Source of the DNA: a virus | Virus record (IMG/VR): IMGVR_UViG_3300017917_000095 | Span: 1 to 64,000 of that record | DNA length: 64,000 nucleotides | Reading direction: 5' to 3' (one strand) | Shown: piece by piece, positions 27,401 through 42,400 of the stretch | Position numbering within the stretch: position 1 is the first letter of the stretch | Layout: each line of letters begins with the position of its first letter | Translations under genes and position numbers: made by a program | Notes under the pieces: model-generated | Seen by the model: the letters and a program-made list of their open reading frames with translations, nothing else | What the model was told of the DNA's origin: nothing | Databases searched by the model: none

Positions 27401-30400
27401 ACTGGATGTAAGTTATTCAGTTATGGAATCGGTACAGGATTAGATGATTCTGTTTTGGGATTCCCTATCAGATATAGTTCAGTAGACAACGTAGGCGATA
27501 TCAGCTTTGATGTTTCGTTGAACTCTGATACCTTTGACTATGTTAAGGGCACAGAACCAATTACACAAAATGTAAACACTGGGTACGTTTATCAGTATCT
27601 AACTAGAGACACATACAAACGTCAAATCGGTTGGCAGACTGCTCTGTCTCCTAGTGTACAGTATCAATTGTTCTCGTTTGATTTTGATCCGTTGAACCCT
27701 GCCACATCATATGTATGTGATATTGCTAAATCTTCTAGTACCAGTACTAACTGGCCTACAATCGATGTGTTTATTAACAACGTAGCGTTACAGCACAGCG
27801 AGTATACTGTTACCGTCGGACCAAATTCAACTACTGTTGTATTGAACGCAAATCCTGTAACAGAAACTGTAGTGCAGATTGCATTGTTGAGCAATCAAGT
27901 AAGCCCAACTGCGTACTATTCTATTCCTGTTAATTTGAATAACAACCCATTGAATGCTGACATTACAGTAGCTAACGTCGGTGACATTCGTGGTCAGTAT
28001 CAGAGCGCATTCTACAACAATCCAAACACTGTTGGAAAAGCATTCGGTCCTAACAACTATCGTGACTTGGGTAACATGGTTCCATGGGGCGACAAGATCA
28101 TTCAGAATAGCGCAAGCTTGGTATTGCCTGGAGCATTCCTACGCAAACAAGAACACAACCTATTCAACGCATTGTTGTTCAATGACAGAGAATACATAAA
28201 GTTCAAAAATTTGTTGGTCTACACTGTACAAAATAGTGACTATTCACAACGATTCAATCCATCGGTCATGCTTGACGATGCATTAGATCAGATCACTGCA
28301 TCGAAAGATAACAGTCAGCCATTCTTCTGGTCTGATATGTTACCAAGCAAGTCAGCATACATTTCTAATACCTATTCATTTGCAAATAGTTTAGATGTTT
28401 CTATCTATCCATTGTCTAGAGTCTATGATTTTAAGACAGCAAACTACTACGGTGTTCTTGTTTACTTGACTAGAACAGTAAACGGTGTTACCTCAACACA
28501 ACAGTTGATTAAGAATCAAGATTATAATGTAAGCGAAACATCACCTTCATTGACAGTTACAACTGACCTGTTACCAGGCGACGTTGTTACTATCAAAGAG
28601 TACAATCAGACATACGGATCATATGTTCCTAATACTCCTACTAAGTTAGGTCTATATCCTGCATATACTCCTGAAGTCGTATTAGATAGCGATTACAATG
28701 AACCTACATACTTCATCAAAGGTCACGATGGTTCATACAACAAGTTATATGGTGATTATGATCCTACAACTGGTTTGCTAGTAGACTTCAGAGACCAAGT
28801 TCTGTTAGAATTTGAACTACGTGTTTATAACAACTTGAAGATTAGCTCAGAAATACCTATCAAAGAATATGAAGTATTACCTGGCTTCTTCAGAGAAACT
28901 GACTATTCATATGCTGACTGGTTATACATCTACTCTCCTAACTTCTTAAGTTGGGTTGGTCAGAATAGACTAAACTATAAGACACAGTATTTCAATAGTG
29001 CAAACAAGTTCACTTACAACTATTCACAAAGTGGAAATGCTGTAGACAAAGCACCGATCAGTCAAGGTTATTGGAGAGGTATGTATCAGTATTTCTACGA
29101 TACCACAACTCCAAATACTACACCATGGGAAATGTTGGGCTTCACTCAAATGCCTACATGGTGGACAAATCGTTATGGTCCTGCTCCATACACTAGCGAT
29201 AACTTAGTGTTGTGGAACGATCTTGCAGAAGGTATTAACTGGAATAACGGTGATCCGTTCGTTATACCTGAAGCAGTACGTGATGGATTATTAGACATTA
29301 TCCCGGTTGATACTGCGGGTAACTTGTTAGCTCCGATCGATTCAATCGTTGGCAGTTACAATCAGAAATTATTCCAACGTGATTGGAAAGTAGGTGACGC
29401 TGGCCCGGTAGAATTTAGTTATCGCCGTAGTTCTAGTTACCCATTCGACTTGATGAAGATTATGGCTTTGATGAAGCCGGCTAAATTCTTTAACTTAGGT
29501 GTTGACGTAGACCACTACAAGTACAATGCTGAATTTAACCAATACTTGGTTAACAACAGAAGCCACTTGAAAATGAGTGACATTGATGTATATGGTTCTG
29601 GTACCGCAGTGACAAGCTATATTAACTGGGTCGTTGACTATGAAAAACAAGTAGGCATTGATGCTACAACAAACATCACTGAAATGCTAAACAACATGGA
29701 TGTACGTTTGGTATATCGTTTGGCTGGCTTCAGTGATAAGACCATGTTGAAGTTCTATGTAGAAAAGTCAACAGCAAATAGTAACAATAGCTCATTGTTG
29801 ATTCCTGACGAAAGCTATCAGGTTCTTTTGTACGATAATCAACCATTCAACAGAATCAGCTATTCAGGTGTTGTCGTGCAGATAGCACCTAACGGTGGAT
29901 ACACTGTGTTTGGTAACTCACAAACTGTCGCATACTTCAAGACATTGAAACCTAAGTTTGGTGGAAACTATGCATCAATTGACGTAGAGAAGCTATCCGT
30001 TAAGATTACACCGGACCACTTCGATCAAATTCAACTAGTACCTTACAATACTACGTTCTATACTGTACAAGAAGTTGCACAGTTCTTGGCTGACTACGGT
30101 GCCTATCTAGTTAGTTTGGGTATGCAGTTCCAAGACCTAGAGAACGAATTAGAAATCAACTGGAATCAGATGATTGCTGAGTTCATGTACTGGGCACAAA
30201 CTGGTTGGGCTGCCGGCAGCATCGTCACATTGAATCCTGCTGCAAAGAGCTTGGTCATTAACAAAGACAGTAATATTGTACAGCCACTAACCATTCAACA
30301 ATCTAACTTTGTGTTGAATCAAAACTTGTATCCTATTCAATTGAATGACATGTCTATTGTTCGTCAGGATACTGAGTTCAGAGTTACTGCATTGAACCAA

Positions 30401-33400
30401 GGTGATGTAATGTCTTATGGTCAATTCAACCTAAGTAACTTTGAACATGGTATTGTTTTTGATAACGAAACATTGTTCGGTGATGTGCTTTACAACTTGA
30501 CTACAGGTCTGCGTCAGAACAGAATCTCATTGAGAGGTACCAAATCCGCTAACTGGAATGGTACTGTCAATGCAGCAGGTTTCATCTACAACCAAGACAA
30601 CGTTAAGCCATGGTCTAGGACTGCAAAATATACCAAAGGTGAAATCGTAACATACAAGAACAAGTATTGGGTAGCTACTAAAATAATCCAAGCGAGTGAA
30701 ACCTTTAATGAAGCAGACTGGAAGAGAACAAACTATGATGAAATTCAGAAAGGTTTGTTACCTAACGCAAGTACACGTAGCTACGAAAGCACATTGTACT
30801 ATGATTCAACACAAGCTAACCTAGAGAATGATGCTGATCTATTAAGCTATAGCTTGATTGGATACCGTCCACGTGATTATCTAGCACTTGCAGACTTGAC
30901 AGACATTACACAAGTAAACGTTTACAAGAACATGATTAAGGAAAAGGGTACATTGAATGCAGCGAGTGCATTCAAAGGTGCAAACTTACCTCAAGGTGGT
31001 ATTGATTATGATGTTTATGAAAACTGGGCAATTAAAGCAGGTGAGTTTGGTGGCGTATTAAACAACAACTTCATTGAATTCAAAGTCAATGAAAAATACA
31101 TGACTGGTAATCCAGCAATTGTTGGATTGACCGATGGCATATACAACGTAGGTGTACAACAAGAAGTACCGTTGTATTCATTGTTCAATTACGGTCGTCC
31201 TATAACATCAGTGGATGCATTGCCTACTACAAGTACCAATGAACCTTCAACTGTATACCCTGATGCAGGTTATGTAAACTTCAACGATGTTAAGATGTCC
31301 GCATTCTACTATGCTCAGATGCCTTTTGCAATCAATAAGAGTGGTGTAGTAGTTCCTATCGAGAACTTCTATGTACGTGACTATGTTTGGTTGGCTAATT
31401 ACCTAGAAACATGGCAAGTATATACTACTGCGGCAATGGGTCAAGTAACTAATGCAAAGAACAACTTGAACGACACTGTTACTATTACGTTCAAGACTCC
31501 GCACAATCTAACACAGTATCAACCATTTGCAATCGTAAACTTTGACGTTGCAATTGACGGGTACTATCTAGCAACTATTGTTATCGACCAATACAGAGTT
31601 TTAGTATCTAAGACTCTTGATTCCGGTATCAAGAACATAACAGGTGAAGGTATTGCGTTGAAATTTACCTCTCAACGTGTAGCGACACCTAATGAAATTA
31701 ACACATTACCATTGACAGATGCCGAGTTCAGAAAGAATACAGTATGGGTCGATACAGCATATGATGGCTCATGGGGTGTCTATAGAAAGTCTATAAGCTA
31801 TCAACTTGAAAACCAGCTAACAAAACAATCCAGTGAATCATTTGGTAGCGCAGTAGCAATCAATGACCAAGTTGGATATTTGGTTGGTGACGCTGATGCA
31901 GGTCAAGTATACCGTTATACTTACAATGACCTAGCACAAGAGTATCAAATAGCACAGACACTAATTGGCGGCACAAGCTTCGGCAGCACAATCACTTATG
32001 CAGGTGATTTGTACGCTATCGCTGAAACAACAGGTTCTACTCGTAGTGTAAAATTATACCAACTACAACAGACTATTACATCCGATGATTTGATATTGAT
32101 TCAAACATTGACCTATCCATCAGGTGCAACTACTTGGGGAACATCAATTGCTATATCAGGTGACCAAGATTGGATGTACATATCAGACATTGACCAAAAT
32201 ACTGTTCACGTATATGAAAGACTAAACGTACCGACTACTGCTGGTTACTTTGTCGTAGGACAAACTTACACAATTCAAACTGTGGGTACTACTGACTTCG
32301 TTGCAGTAGGCGCAACATCAAATGATGTTGGTGTCTCATTCATTGCTACTGGTGTGGGTTCCGGAACAGGTGTTGCTAACAAGACAACATATACAAACGT
32401 CACATCTATAGACGGTGATGCACTAGGGTTGACAACTAGCGGTGATAACTTTGGTTACTCCGTTGCTACTGATTATGACGGTGACGAAATCATCATCGGT
32501 ACTCCTAATCAAAACAACGGTGCTATTGATAACTGGGGTTACACTTATGTGTTCCAACGAATCTATCAAAATGTTGAGATTAACTACAACACAATATCTC
32601 CTGCATTCCAAACTTTACAGTTAGCATGGACTCCTACTACTGTATCTAAGACAGTAACTTCTACAAATGCGACTGGTAACAAAGTAACATTGAACAGTGT
32701 TTCTGGAATTACAGTTAATGATCCTATCATCTTTACAGGCACATTAACTGGTACTGATATTGCATCTAACAAGGTATACTATGTTGCAAGTATCAACGTA
32801 CCTAGCACTTATATTACTCTAAAAACATCTAGAGAAAGTACATCAACAGTGACAGTTGCAACCAATGCATCTGTCAGTGCAACCGCTACGGCACAGACAG
32901 AACCATTGATCGTTTCTAAGAACGGTACTGTGGTAACTGACAATAATTATGCAGTGATTGACGACTCAATGATTTATACTGGATCATTGAACGCCGGCGA
33001 TATTGTCAATATAAGCGGACATGAGATTGTATTACTACAAACATTGACAACCGAAGAAGCACCACAGACTGGTTCTCAGTTTGGTATCTCAGTAGACACA
33101 AACAACAATGCAAGTGAAATTATTGTTGGTGCCCCATTCCAGTTAGATTCTCAGATGCAAGAAGGTACTGTGTATCGTTATACAGACTCTGGTGCTAAGT
33201 TTGGTATGTATATGGGAACAAGTGATTGTAACGTCACTACCACTCGCAAGATACTAATTAATGGTTTCTTGACATTCATCCCTGCAGGTGATGCAGAAGA
33301 TGTTGCGAACTCTATCAAGAGTGCTAATATAACTAACGTAACTGCCGCAGCAGTTGACGGTAAGTTGGCTATCTATCTATTGAATACTGAAATTTCCCCT

Positions 33401-36400
33401 CATGACGAGAAGTTATTCTTGGGTATAGTAGACACTGCAACATTATCTGAATTAGGTCTAGAAGTGTTTGTTAAGACACAAGAAATTCTCTGCCCTCACA
33501 AAGTAGGTCCTACTCAGTTTGGTTCGGTAGTCAAGTTCAATCAATACGGTAGCTTTGTAGCTAGCGCGCCTACTGGAACTCGCTACTCAGCAACTACCTT
33601 CGACTTCTCAGATGATGAAAACCAAGATGATGATACTGTATTTGACAACAACGCAACACAGTGGGTAGACGAAACACCAAACTTTGGTGCTGTCTACATG
33701 TTTGACTACATCAGCGAATACAATGAAAGCTTGGCAGCTCCTGGCACATATGTGTATGCACAATCTGTCAACTCACCTAACTTGGTATACTCTGCATTCA
33801 ACTCATATGACCAAGCAACTGATGTAACATACAACAATCAACCTCGTTACGGTACTGCATTGGACTTCAATGACTTTAGCGTAGCTATCGGTACACCTAA
33901 CGACACTGGCGCAACCAGTGGAAGTACGTATGCTGGTTCAGTTACTGCATATCGCAACGCCACTAGAGTTCAAGACTGGGCAATCTATCGTCATTCTGCA
34001 CCGGTTGTAGATATCAACAAAATCTACAACATTCAGTTGTTCAGTGCTGAAACAAACAACACACTAATCAACATGGATTATATTGATCCATTACAAGGTA
34101 AGATCCTAGGTGCAGCCCGCGAGAACATTGACGTTGTTTCAAACGTTGACCCAGCAACCTACAACAATGCACCTACAGTAACAGGTGGCATTACATGGGG
34201 AGCAGCACAATTAGGCACCGTGTGGTTGAACACAAAAGGTATGCGTTATGTAAACTATCACCAGAATGATGATATTTCATACAACAGTCAATACTGGGGA
34301 ACACTGTTCCCAGGTAGCGATGTTGCAGTATACAGCTGGATAGCAAGCAATGTATTGCCTGCTGAGTATAGAGGCCCCGGCACACCATTTGATGTCAACT
34401 CTTATTCAGTACAGTATGTAATCAATGCAGCTGGTTCCTTGGTACCTACATATTATTTCTGGGCAAGAAATACTAACATGATTTTCTCTGACAATGGTAA
34501 GACATTAGCAGACTCAATCATTGCTTCTTATATTGAGAGTCCAAAAGCATCAGGTGTAAGCTACTTTACCCCATTGTTGCCTAGCGTATACGGTCTATAT
34601 AACAGCGGCGAGTACATCAACGCAAACGATAGTGTATTGCATATTGGCTTTGCTACTGGATCAAATGATGACCCTGCACACTCACAATTCAACTTGATTC
34701 GTGATGGGTATGCTAGCGACTTCTTACCGGGCGTACCGTTAGTTTCCGGTGAATCACCTGATAGTTTGTACGACAGACTACTAGATAGTCTTTGCGGTGT
34801 TGACGAATTGGGCTCAGTTGTACCTAACCCATACTTACCAAAAGCAGTTCAAGTTGGTATTCTAGCAAGACCTCGTCAGAGCTTCTTTTTGAATAGATTC
34901 TTGGCATTGAAGAACTATCTACAATATGCTAATACTGTGTTGGCACAATATCCTATTACAGAAATTAGATATTCTTCTTTCCTAACATCAAGCGGTGAGT
35001 TCTATGACACTGCTAATTACTGGCAGTTCATTAACTGGTGGGCTCCTGGTTACAACGACAACACTAAGGCTTCCCTACAAGTTCCTCTATACGCTGATTT
35101 GTCTACCCTATCTGTAGTTACTGGTACAATTGTCACTGTAGCTACAAACGGTAACGGTAAGTCAGAAACTTATGTCTACGAAGCAGACGGTACATGGAAG
35201 CGTATTGGCTTAGAGAATGGTACAATCGAATTCAAATCATCACTATGGGATTACTCATCAGTGAGACTTGGTTACGGTGACAACTTCTTTGACACTGACA
35301 CATATGATGTGTATCCAAGTGAAGAAACTCGCAAGATTGTTCGTGCATTGAACGAGCAGATTTATACTGATGATCTAATGATCTATAGAAACAAGAGTTT
35401 GGTTCTATTGTTCGAATACATTCAAGCTGAAAGCACAGAGAATCAGAACTATCTACCATGGTTGAACAAGACATCCTTCATCGATGTGGCTCATACTATT
35501 CGTGAACTACGTCCTATCGAGGTGTTCCAAAGTGACAACCAAGCATTCTTAGAAGGTTACTTGAATGAAGTAAAACCATATCACGTAGTCATCAAAGAAT
35601 TCTTGTTCAAGTACACCGGCGAAGAAGTCTTTGCAGGTGACATAACTGACTTTGATTTGCCAGCAAAATACAATAGCTCAATTGGACAATTTGTAACTCC
35701 TCAGTTAGTTTACTCTAACTCTAACGGAATCAATCAATTCACACCAGATGATCCCATCTGGCAAGAACCTGAATATTCACAATGGTTCAACAACCACGGT
35801 GTATCACTGACTGGTCAAGATAATGTACAAATTACTACATTAGCATCTTACATTTCATTGAATGCAAACGCATTTGCAGTTGACAACGCACAGGGTTTAC
35901 CAATCAACGGAGTTCTTCAAATCGGAACAGAACAGATTGGTTATGCATCAGTGGATCGTTCATTGAATGTAGTTTCGGGGTTAACTAGAGGTGTAAATGG
36001 TACTACCGTTTCTACTCACATTCCGGGTGACTTGATTTATATTAACTTGCCGGCTGTCTTAGTACTAGACGGCGGCCGCGGATATACTGAGCCTCCTAAG
36101 GTAACAGCATATATCGATACTACGATTTATCCTGCACCAACTAGAGCAGCAGTGTTAACAGCAGTAATGAACTTGGATAGCGTATTACGTGTTGACGTAG
36201 TAGATCCGGGCCAAGGCTACGCTGTATTACCTAAGATCATTATTGATTCTGCCGTTGTAGTTCCTTTTGACGATACTAGTGTTAGCACATTGACAAATAC
36301 AGTTCAATTGTATGCACCATTGCTACAAACTGGTGACTTGATTCAATACAAAGTTGGAGCAGGTAGCACATCAGTCGGTGGTTTAGAAGATGGTCAGTGG

Positions 36401-39400
36401 TACTACATAAACGTATTAGAAACAGTACCTTCAGTGACTGTAGGTCTGTATGATAACTATGCAGATGCTATGAACAATCATGATAGATTGTCATTGTTTT
36501 CAACTGGATCAGGTTCGTTCACATTCAACGTAGGCGCAAGAGCAAGTGCTATTACAACAGCAGTTCCTGTTAGAGAAAACAACATCACTCTCCGATTCGA
36601 TAGAACATCATATGGATCTGATTTGATCGAATGGGAAGCAGGACGTTACTACGGTGCATTCTATGCAGGTACATACCACAACAGCAGCCAAGTCTCTAGT
36701 TCTTCTATCACATTAGAAAGCACACAGCCACCAGTAGCTTCTATCTTAGCTAGTGCTCAAGGTGTAGCATTTGAAATCACGGATGTTCGTAATGAGCGTA
36801 TCGTTGAATACAGTTCGTTCATTCGCCACGTAGGTAGCACAATTGCATCTAGTGATGCAGTTAGATTGACACTGCAAGACGATGGCTCAGGTAACCCTAA
36901 CGCATCGGGTGGTACTATCGGTTTCTACATTGGCATGCCGATCAAGTTCGTCGGAGCAGTAGGTGGGTCTGGTATCGTAAATGAACAAGTTTACTATGTA
37001 AACAGCATACTAAACCAAACTGATTTCACACTGTCGTCTGATCCTAGCGGTTCACCGATTGTTGCATTGTCAGATTGGACAATCAGCGTTGCTGGTTTAG
37101 ATTGCTATGTGGGACAAGTTTCTGATGCAGCAGTTATCACAGTTGACTATCCTGGAATCCTGAATATCACTGCGACTGAGGCTGTAACAAACAATATCAC
37201 TGTGCCGTTGCACTTATCTGGTACAGGTGGCACAGCAGGTTTCTACATTAACTTGCCGATATTCTTCACTGGTACTGACTCGTCATTACCGCAGAACGGC
37301 GTGTTTGGTGGGATCATTGAAAACCAAGTTTACTACGTAACTACTGTGGTCGATAATCAGACATTCACTATGTCTGAGAACAAAGATCCTGTATGGTTCA
37401 ATGTATTGTCTACATCTGCGTCTACTGATGCAATCACAATCGACGGAGATACTCAGAAGTTATCAGTCAATGAACCTATCATCTTCAACACTATGGTGGT
37501 TGCAGGTACAGAGACAACAAGCTTTGGTGGCATAACATCTGGAACAACATACTATGTTTCAGCTATCTTGTCTACTACAGCATTCCAGATATCTGCAACA
37601 GTTAATGGTGCAGTGCTAGCATTGTCCGATGTTGCTGCGGCATCAAATACTTCTGCACTATTGACAAGTCAGAAAGACACTGTAAAGTTGACTACAGCAA
37701 CAGGTAACACTATGGTTGTGAACGTCAGCTTGCCAGTAAGTCCTGGTCAAGTCAACGGACAAAAGTTCACACTATACGAAACATCTGGTCAATACCCAGG
37801 ATCAACTGGTACAGACACATCATTGATTACTAGAGGTGTCGCTGCGTTGATCGGTACAGTAAATGTAAGTGCAGGTAGCTTTGTAATAGGTGAGACTTAT
37901 ACTATTGCGTTTGTAGGTACAACAAACTTCACTGCAATTGGCGCATCTGCGAATACAATAGGTGTTACATTTACTGCTACAGGCGCAGGCACTGGCACAG
38001 GTACAGCTAACTTAGAAGTCAATCAGGTTGTATTGACTAACTTCAATCCAGGTGACACTGTTGCACTATGGTTGACTAACATCTACAATAACTTACCATT
38101 AGAAATTTCTACAACATACGGTTCTAGTTTCTTAACAGCAGGTACTCCTTATTATGTTATTGACAACGGTATTATTGAAGTAGAAGTGACATATACATCT
38201 TCAAGCGACAATTCATTGAAGTGCGAATCTACTGCATCTCTATTCGAAGATATGCCAATCACATTCTCCGGTGCAGGTGTAGGTGGTGTGCAGATTGATG
38301 TTGAGTACTGGGTTAAGTCTATTATTGACGACCAGCGCTTTACTATCACAAACACACCAGGTGGACTAGAAATAACAGTCACTACCGCTAGCGGATTGAT
38401 GACAGGTACAGGCTTGCCGTATGTCAAGGTATCTACTTCTGTAGGTGGCTCAGTTACCAATCCAGGATCTACACAGCAGACAGCTACATTTACGATTCCA
38501 TCGTCAACTATCACTGTATCTGCGGCACCTGACACTGGCACCAAAGTATTCTTTAGAACAACTGGTTCATTACCAGGTGGTGTGTCAGAGAACACAGAAT
38601 ATTTTGTAACCAAGACTGGTGCAACCACTTTCGAAATCTCATTGACTTCAGGTGGTTCAGCTATTACTACTTCAGGTACACAGTCTGGTACACATACTAT
38701 GATTATCGCAACAGAAGCTACAATGGATCAAACTCCATCTGCTACTGTTCCTGAATTTGATGTAAGCTATGTATTAGGTGGATACCGTGTTCTAATAACT
38801 GAACCTAGTTCAGGTTATGCAGTTGACAACGTAATCACTATTCCAGGTACTGAAATGGGTGGAACTACACCCGAGAATGACCTAACGTTGACTGTCAATG
38901 CAATCAGTAGCACCGGTGCAATTACTAGTGTTATCTGTGATGGTACTGTACCAGGTGCATCACAACAATACTACTTAAAGGTAATTTCTCCTACTGAGTT
39001 TGCATTGTATGAGAATCAATTGATGACTGTTCCTGCTAGTGGATTGGGTATCCCATTCGTTGGCACCACACAGAGCACCGTCACTGGTTTAACTTCAGGT
39101 ACAAATGCATTAACCTTAGCAGATGCATCTGGTTTCGAGTTGAACGATTTGGTTGTATTTACGGGTGATATGACACCTACTATCGGTGCAATCACTGCGG
39201 GTCAAGGTTACTTTATCACTTCTATCACTGGTAATGATATCACTATATCAGAAGATCCAGATGGCACTGATGTAACTATTACAACTACCATTTCGGCAAA
39301 CTTCACGATAGCCAAGTCAGGTTCATTTGCATTGCTACCTGAACCATTCATCTTTAATCAGAGTCTTGTTAAGTATAACAACCGTGTTTACGTCTGTATC

Positions 39401-42400
39401 ATCTCCAACAACGACAGAGAATTCGTATTTGGTAAGTGGGAACTATTGACAAGCGGTGATCGTAGACTAAACGCTATGGATCGTGTACTAGGTTACTATC
39501 AACCTACAGATAACATGCCTGGTGTAGACTTGACACAGTTGTTTGAGGGCGTTACTTATCCAAATAGTACATACTTGGGTAATGCGTTCGAACCAGACTT
39601 GCAATACCCAATCGACACTGTATTGCAAGATCAAGCATTCTATCCTACTGAGGTAGATATAAAAGCTATTGCTTGGGACGGTACAACTTATGTTGCGACT
39701 GCCGATACTCCTACATATTCAGGAGTTCTTTCTAGTACTGCCGGCAGCACATGGGAAATCGACAAGCTAGCAAACACTCCGTTGAATACAACTGACATTA
39801 TCTATGCAGGTGGATACTATATCCTAACTTCTAACAACCAAGCAACTCCGTTGTTCAGAAGCGTTGATGGAATCACATGGACAACTAATGGATACTTCAC
39901 ACCATGGGGGTCTACCCCGTATGATGATACAAACTATGACATGACTGCATTGAGTGTAGCGTCATTGTATCTAAATTCTGTAGCATACAGAAATGGTGTT
40001 TGGGTAGCAGTTGGACAGAATATCGTTTCTAGTACAGACACATTTGTTTGGAATGAAAGATACACTTATGCTAACCCATTACTATCCAACACATTGTATG
40101 GAGTTGACAGTATTGATATCACATCATTCACTGGCTTCATCGCTGTAGGTAAAGGTCAAGAATTCGACTACTCAGGTCCAGTGTCTGCGGTAGTAGATAT
40201 CAACTTGATTCTAACAAGCGTTGACGGTTTGACATGGACTCAATTACCTGCAGTAAGTTCTAAGGGCATGTATGCTATTGCAAACAATACAACAAATGCT
40301 GTTGCAGTAGGCGAAGACGGCATCATCTACATCTCTAACAACGGTGCAAACTGGACAGGTGTTAATGAAGTATTTGTAATCAGTGCTAACCCTTCAACTA
40401 ATGTGTTGAGTGTTGCAAGTACTGCAGGATTTGCAGTTAATAGTGCGGTACGATTCTCTAGGGCGTTTAACGTATTTGCTGCAGGAACAACCTACTATGT
40501 TAAGACCATTGTTAATGGTACGCAACTTCAATTGAGTGCGACACCAGGTGGTGCTGCGGTCACATTGACTGCCGCAGCTCCGACTGCAACTACATTCATG
40601 TATGCATACCCAAGAACAGGATCATTGAGAGATGTAAGTTACGCTAACGGTACTTTCATCGCTGTAGGTGATACTGGCTTAGTAAGAACTTCTGCTAATG
40701 GTATCACTTGGACAACAAGAACGTCCGGCACAACTCAGGATTTAAACGGCATCACATATAATGCTGATGACGCAACTTGGATTGCAGTTGGTGATAACAA
40801 TACAATCTTGATTAGCGTTAATGACGGTGTATCTTGGTCAGCTTCTTCTGTGTTTGCTCCGCAACCAACAGTATACGATGTTCAGGGTTCTACATTCGAA
40901 TATGGTTATGGTCCAGAAGAATTAGTACCAGGCGTTGTTACTGACAACATTACAATGACTGTTGCTACTCGTCCTGGTACTGACTGGGATGCTACTGTAT
41001 ATGCTCACGTTGGTTACAATGTAGTATCCGTAGAATATCAACCAGTTTCAGCAAGTCAAACTGCGTATAGCTTTGATGTTAGAAACTTGTACAGCGTACA
41101 AACTCCTGCTCAAATTGCAGTATTCAAGATTAACGGTACTACAGGACTAAGCACATCCTTGTATGAGACTTTGGACTACACAGTTGATTGGGTTAACTTC
41201 GTTGTTTCGTTGAACACTCCGTTGACATTCTTACCAGTGTCAGACAAGCTACGTGTAGACGTATACGAAGTGGGTAACGGTAACCAATTAGTCAAAGCTA
41301 GTACAAATACTGACCCAATCAGAACAAATGACACAACAGGTTGGAACGAAATCTATGTTAACTGTAACTACACAGGACAAATTTATAACGGTTCCGGTGT
41401 AGTACGTCCTGACACATTCCCAGTGGATGTACTTGCTACTGAAACTGATTCAACATCTAACGCAATTACTTGTGAAAGCGTTAAGGAATTCACATTGAAT
41501 GATCCAATTAGATTCCAAGGTAATGTATTCGGTGGTATACAGGAAGACACAACTTACTATATCAAGACCATTAGTTACATTACAAATAGAATCACAGTAT
41601 CAGAGACAATCAACGCTGGTACCGGAACTGCTGGCCCTACATTCGCATTGACTGACGGTACTGGTTCTATGAACATAGTTATCAAGGTTGGTTATGGTGC
41701 ACCTTGGACAGATCCGATCATCTATCACAATGGAACTAAGTTGTTGATGGGTACTACAAGTACAGTTACTAGAACAAAAGCAAGTAACAACGCAGTGACA
41801 ACTAACACAACTGATGGAATGGTCCCTGGTGAAGCTATTGTATTCAGTGATACTATGTTTGGTGGAATCTTGCTACCACAGACAACGTATTACATCAAGT
41901 CAATCTTTGACACTAATGAATTTACAGTTTCTGCAACACCAGGTGGTCCTGAGTTGACACTAACTGATGCAACCGGTGGCGCCGAGTTCATCACCAATGA
42001 CTATGCATTTGGTATTGCTGATAACGGCATCTCTGCATCTATCATCTTCTCAGCACAGTATGATGCAAACGTTGACTATATCACTTATACATTGTTTGGT
42101 GAAACAACACCTTCGCAGTATGGATATACTATCCCTGAAGTACAACGATTCACCGGTGATGGCACTGCAGGACCGTTTGAGTTGACTAACTTCATTGGTC
42201 AAGACAATCCTGAAAACGCTGTAGTTGAAGTTAACAGATTACGTCAGCCTAGCTCGACTTACACTATTGACTACAATACCAATGAGCTTACATTCAATGC
42301 AGGTTATGAACCTTCAATTGGTGTACCGGTTGTCGTTACTTCGTTCAATCAAACAACTCGTCAATACTTGAATACCCAATCAGGTATTACATCTAAGACA

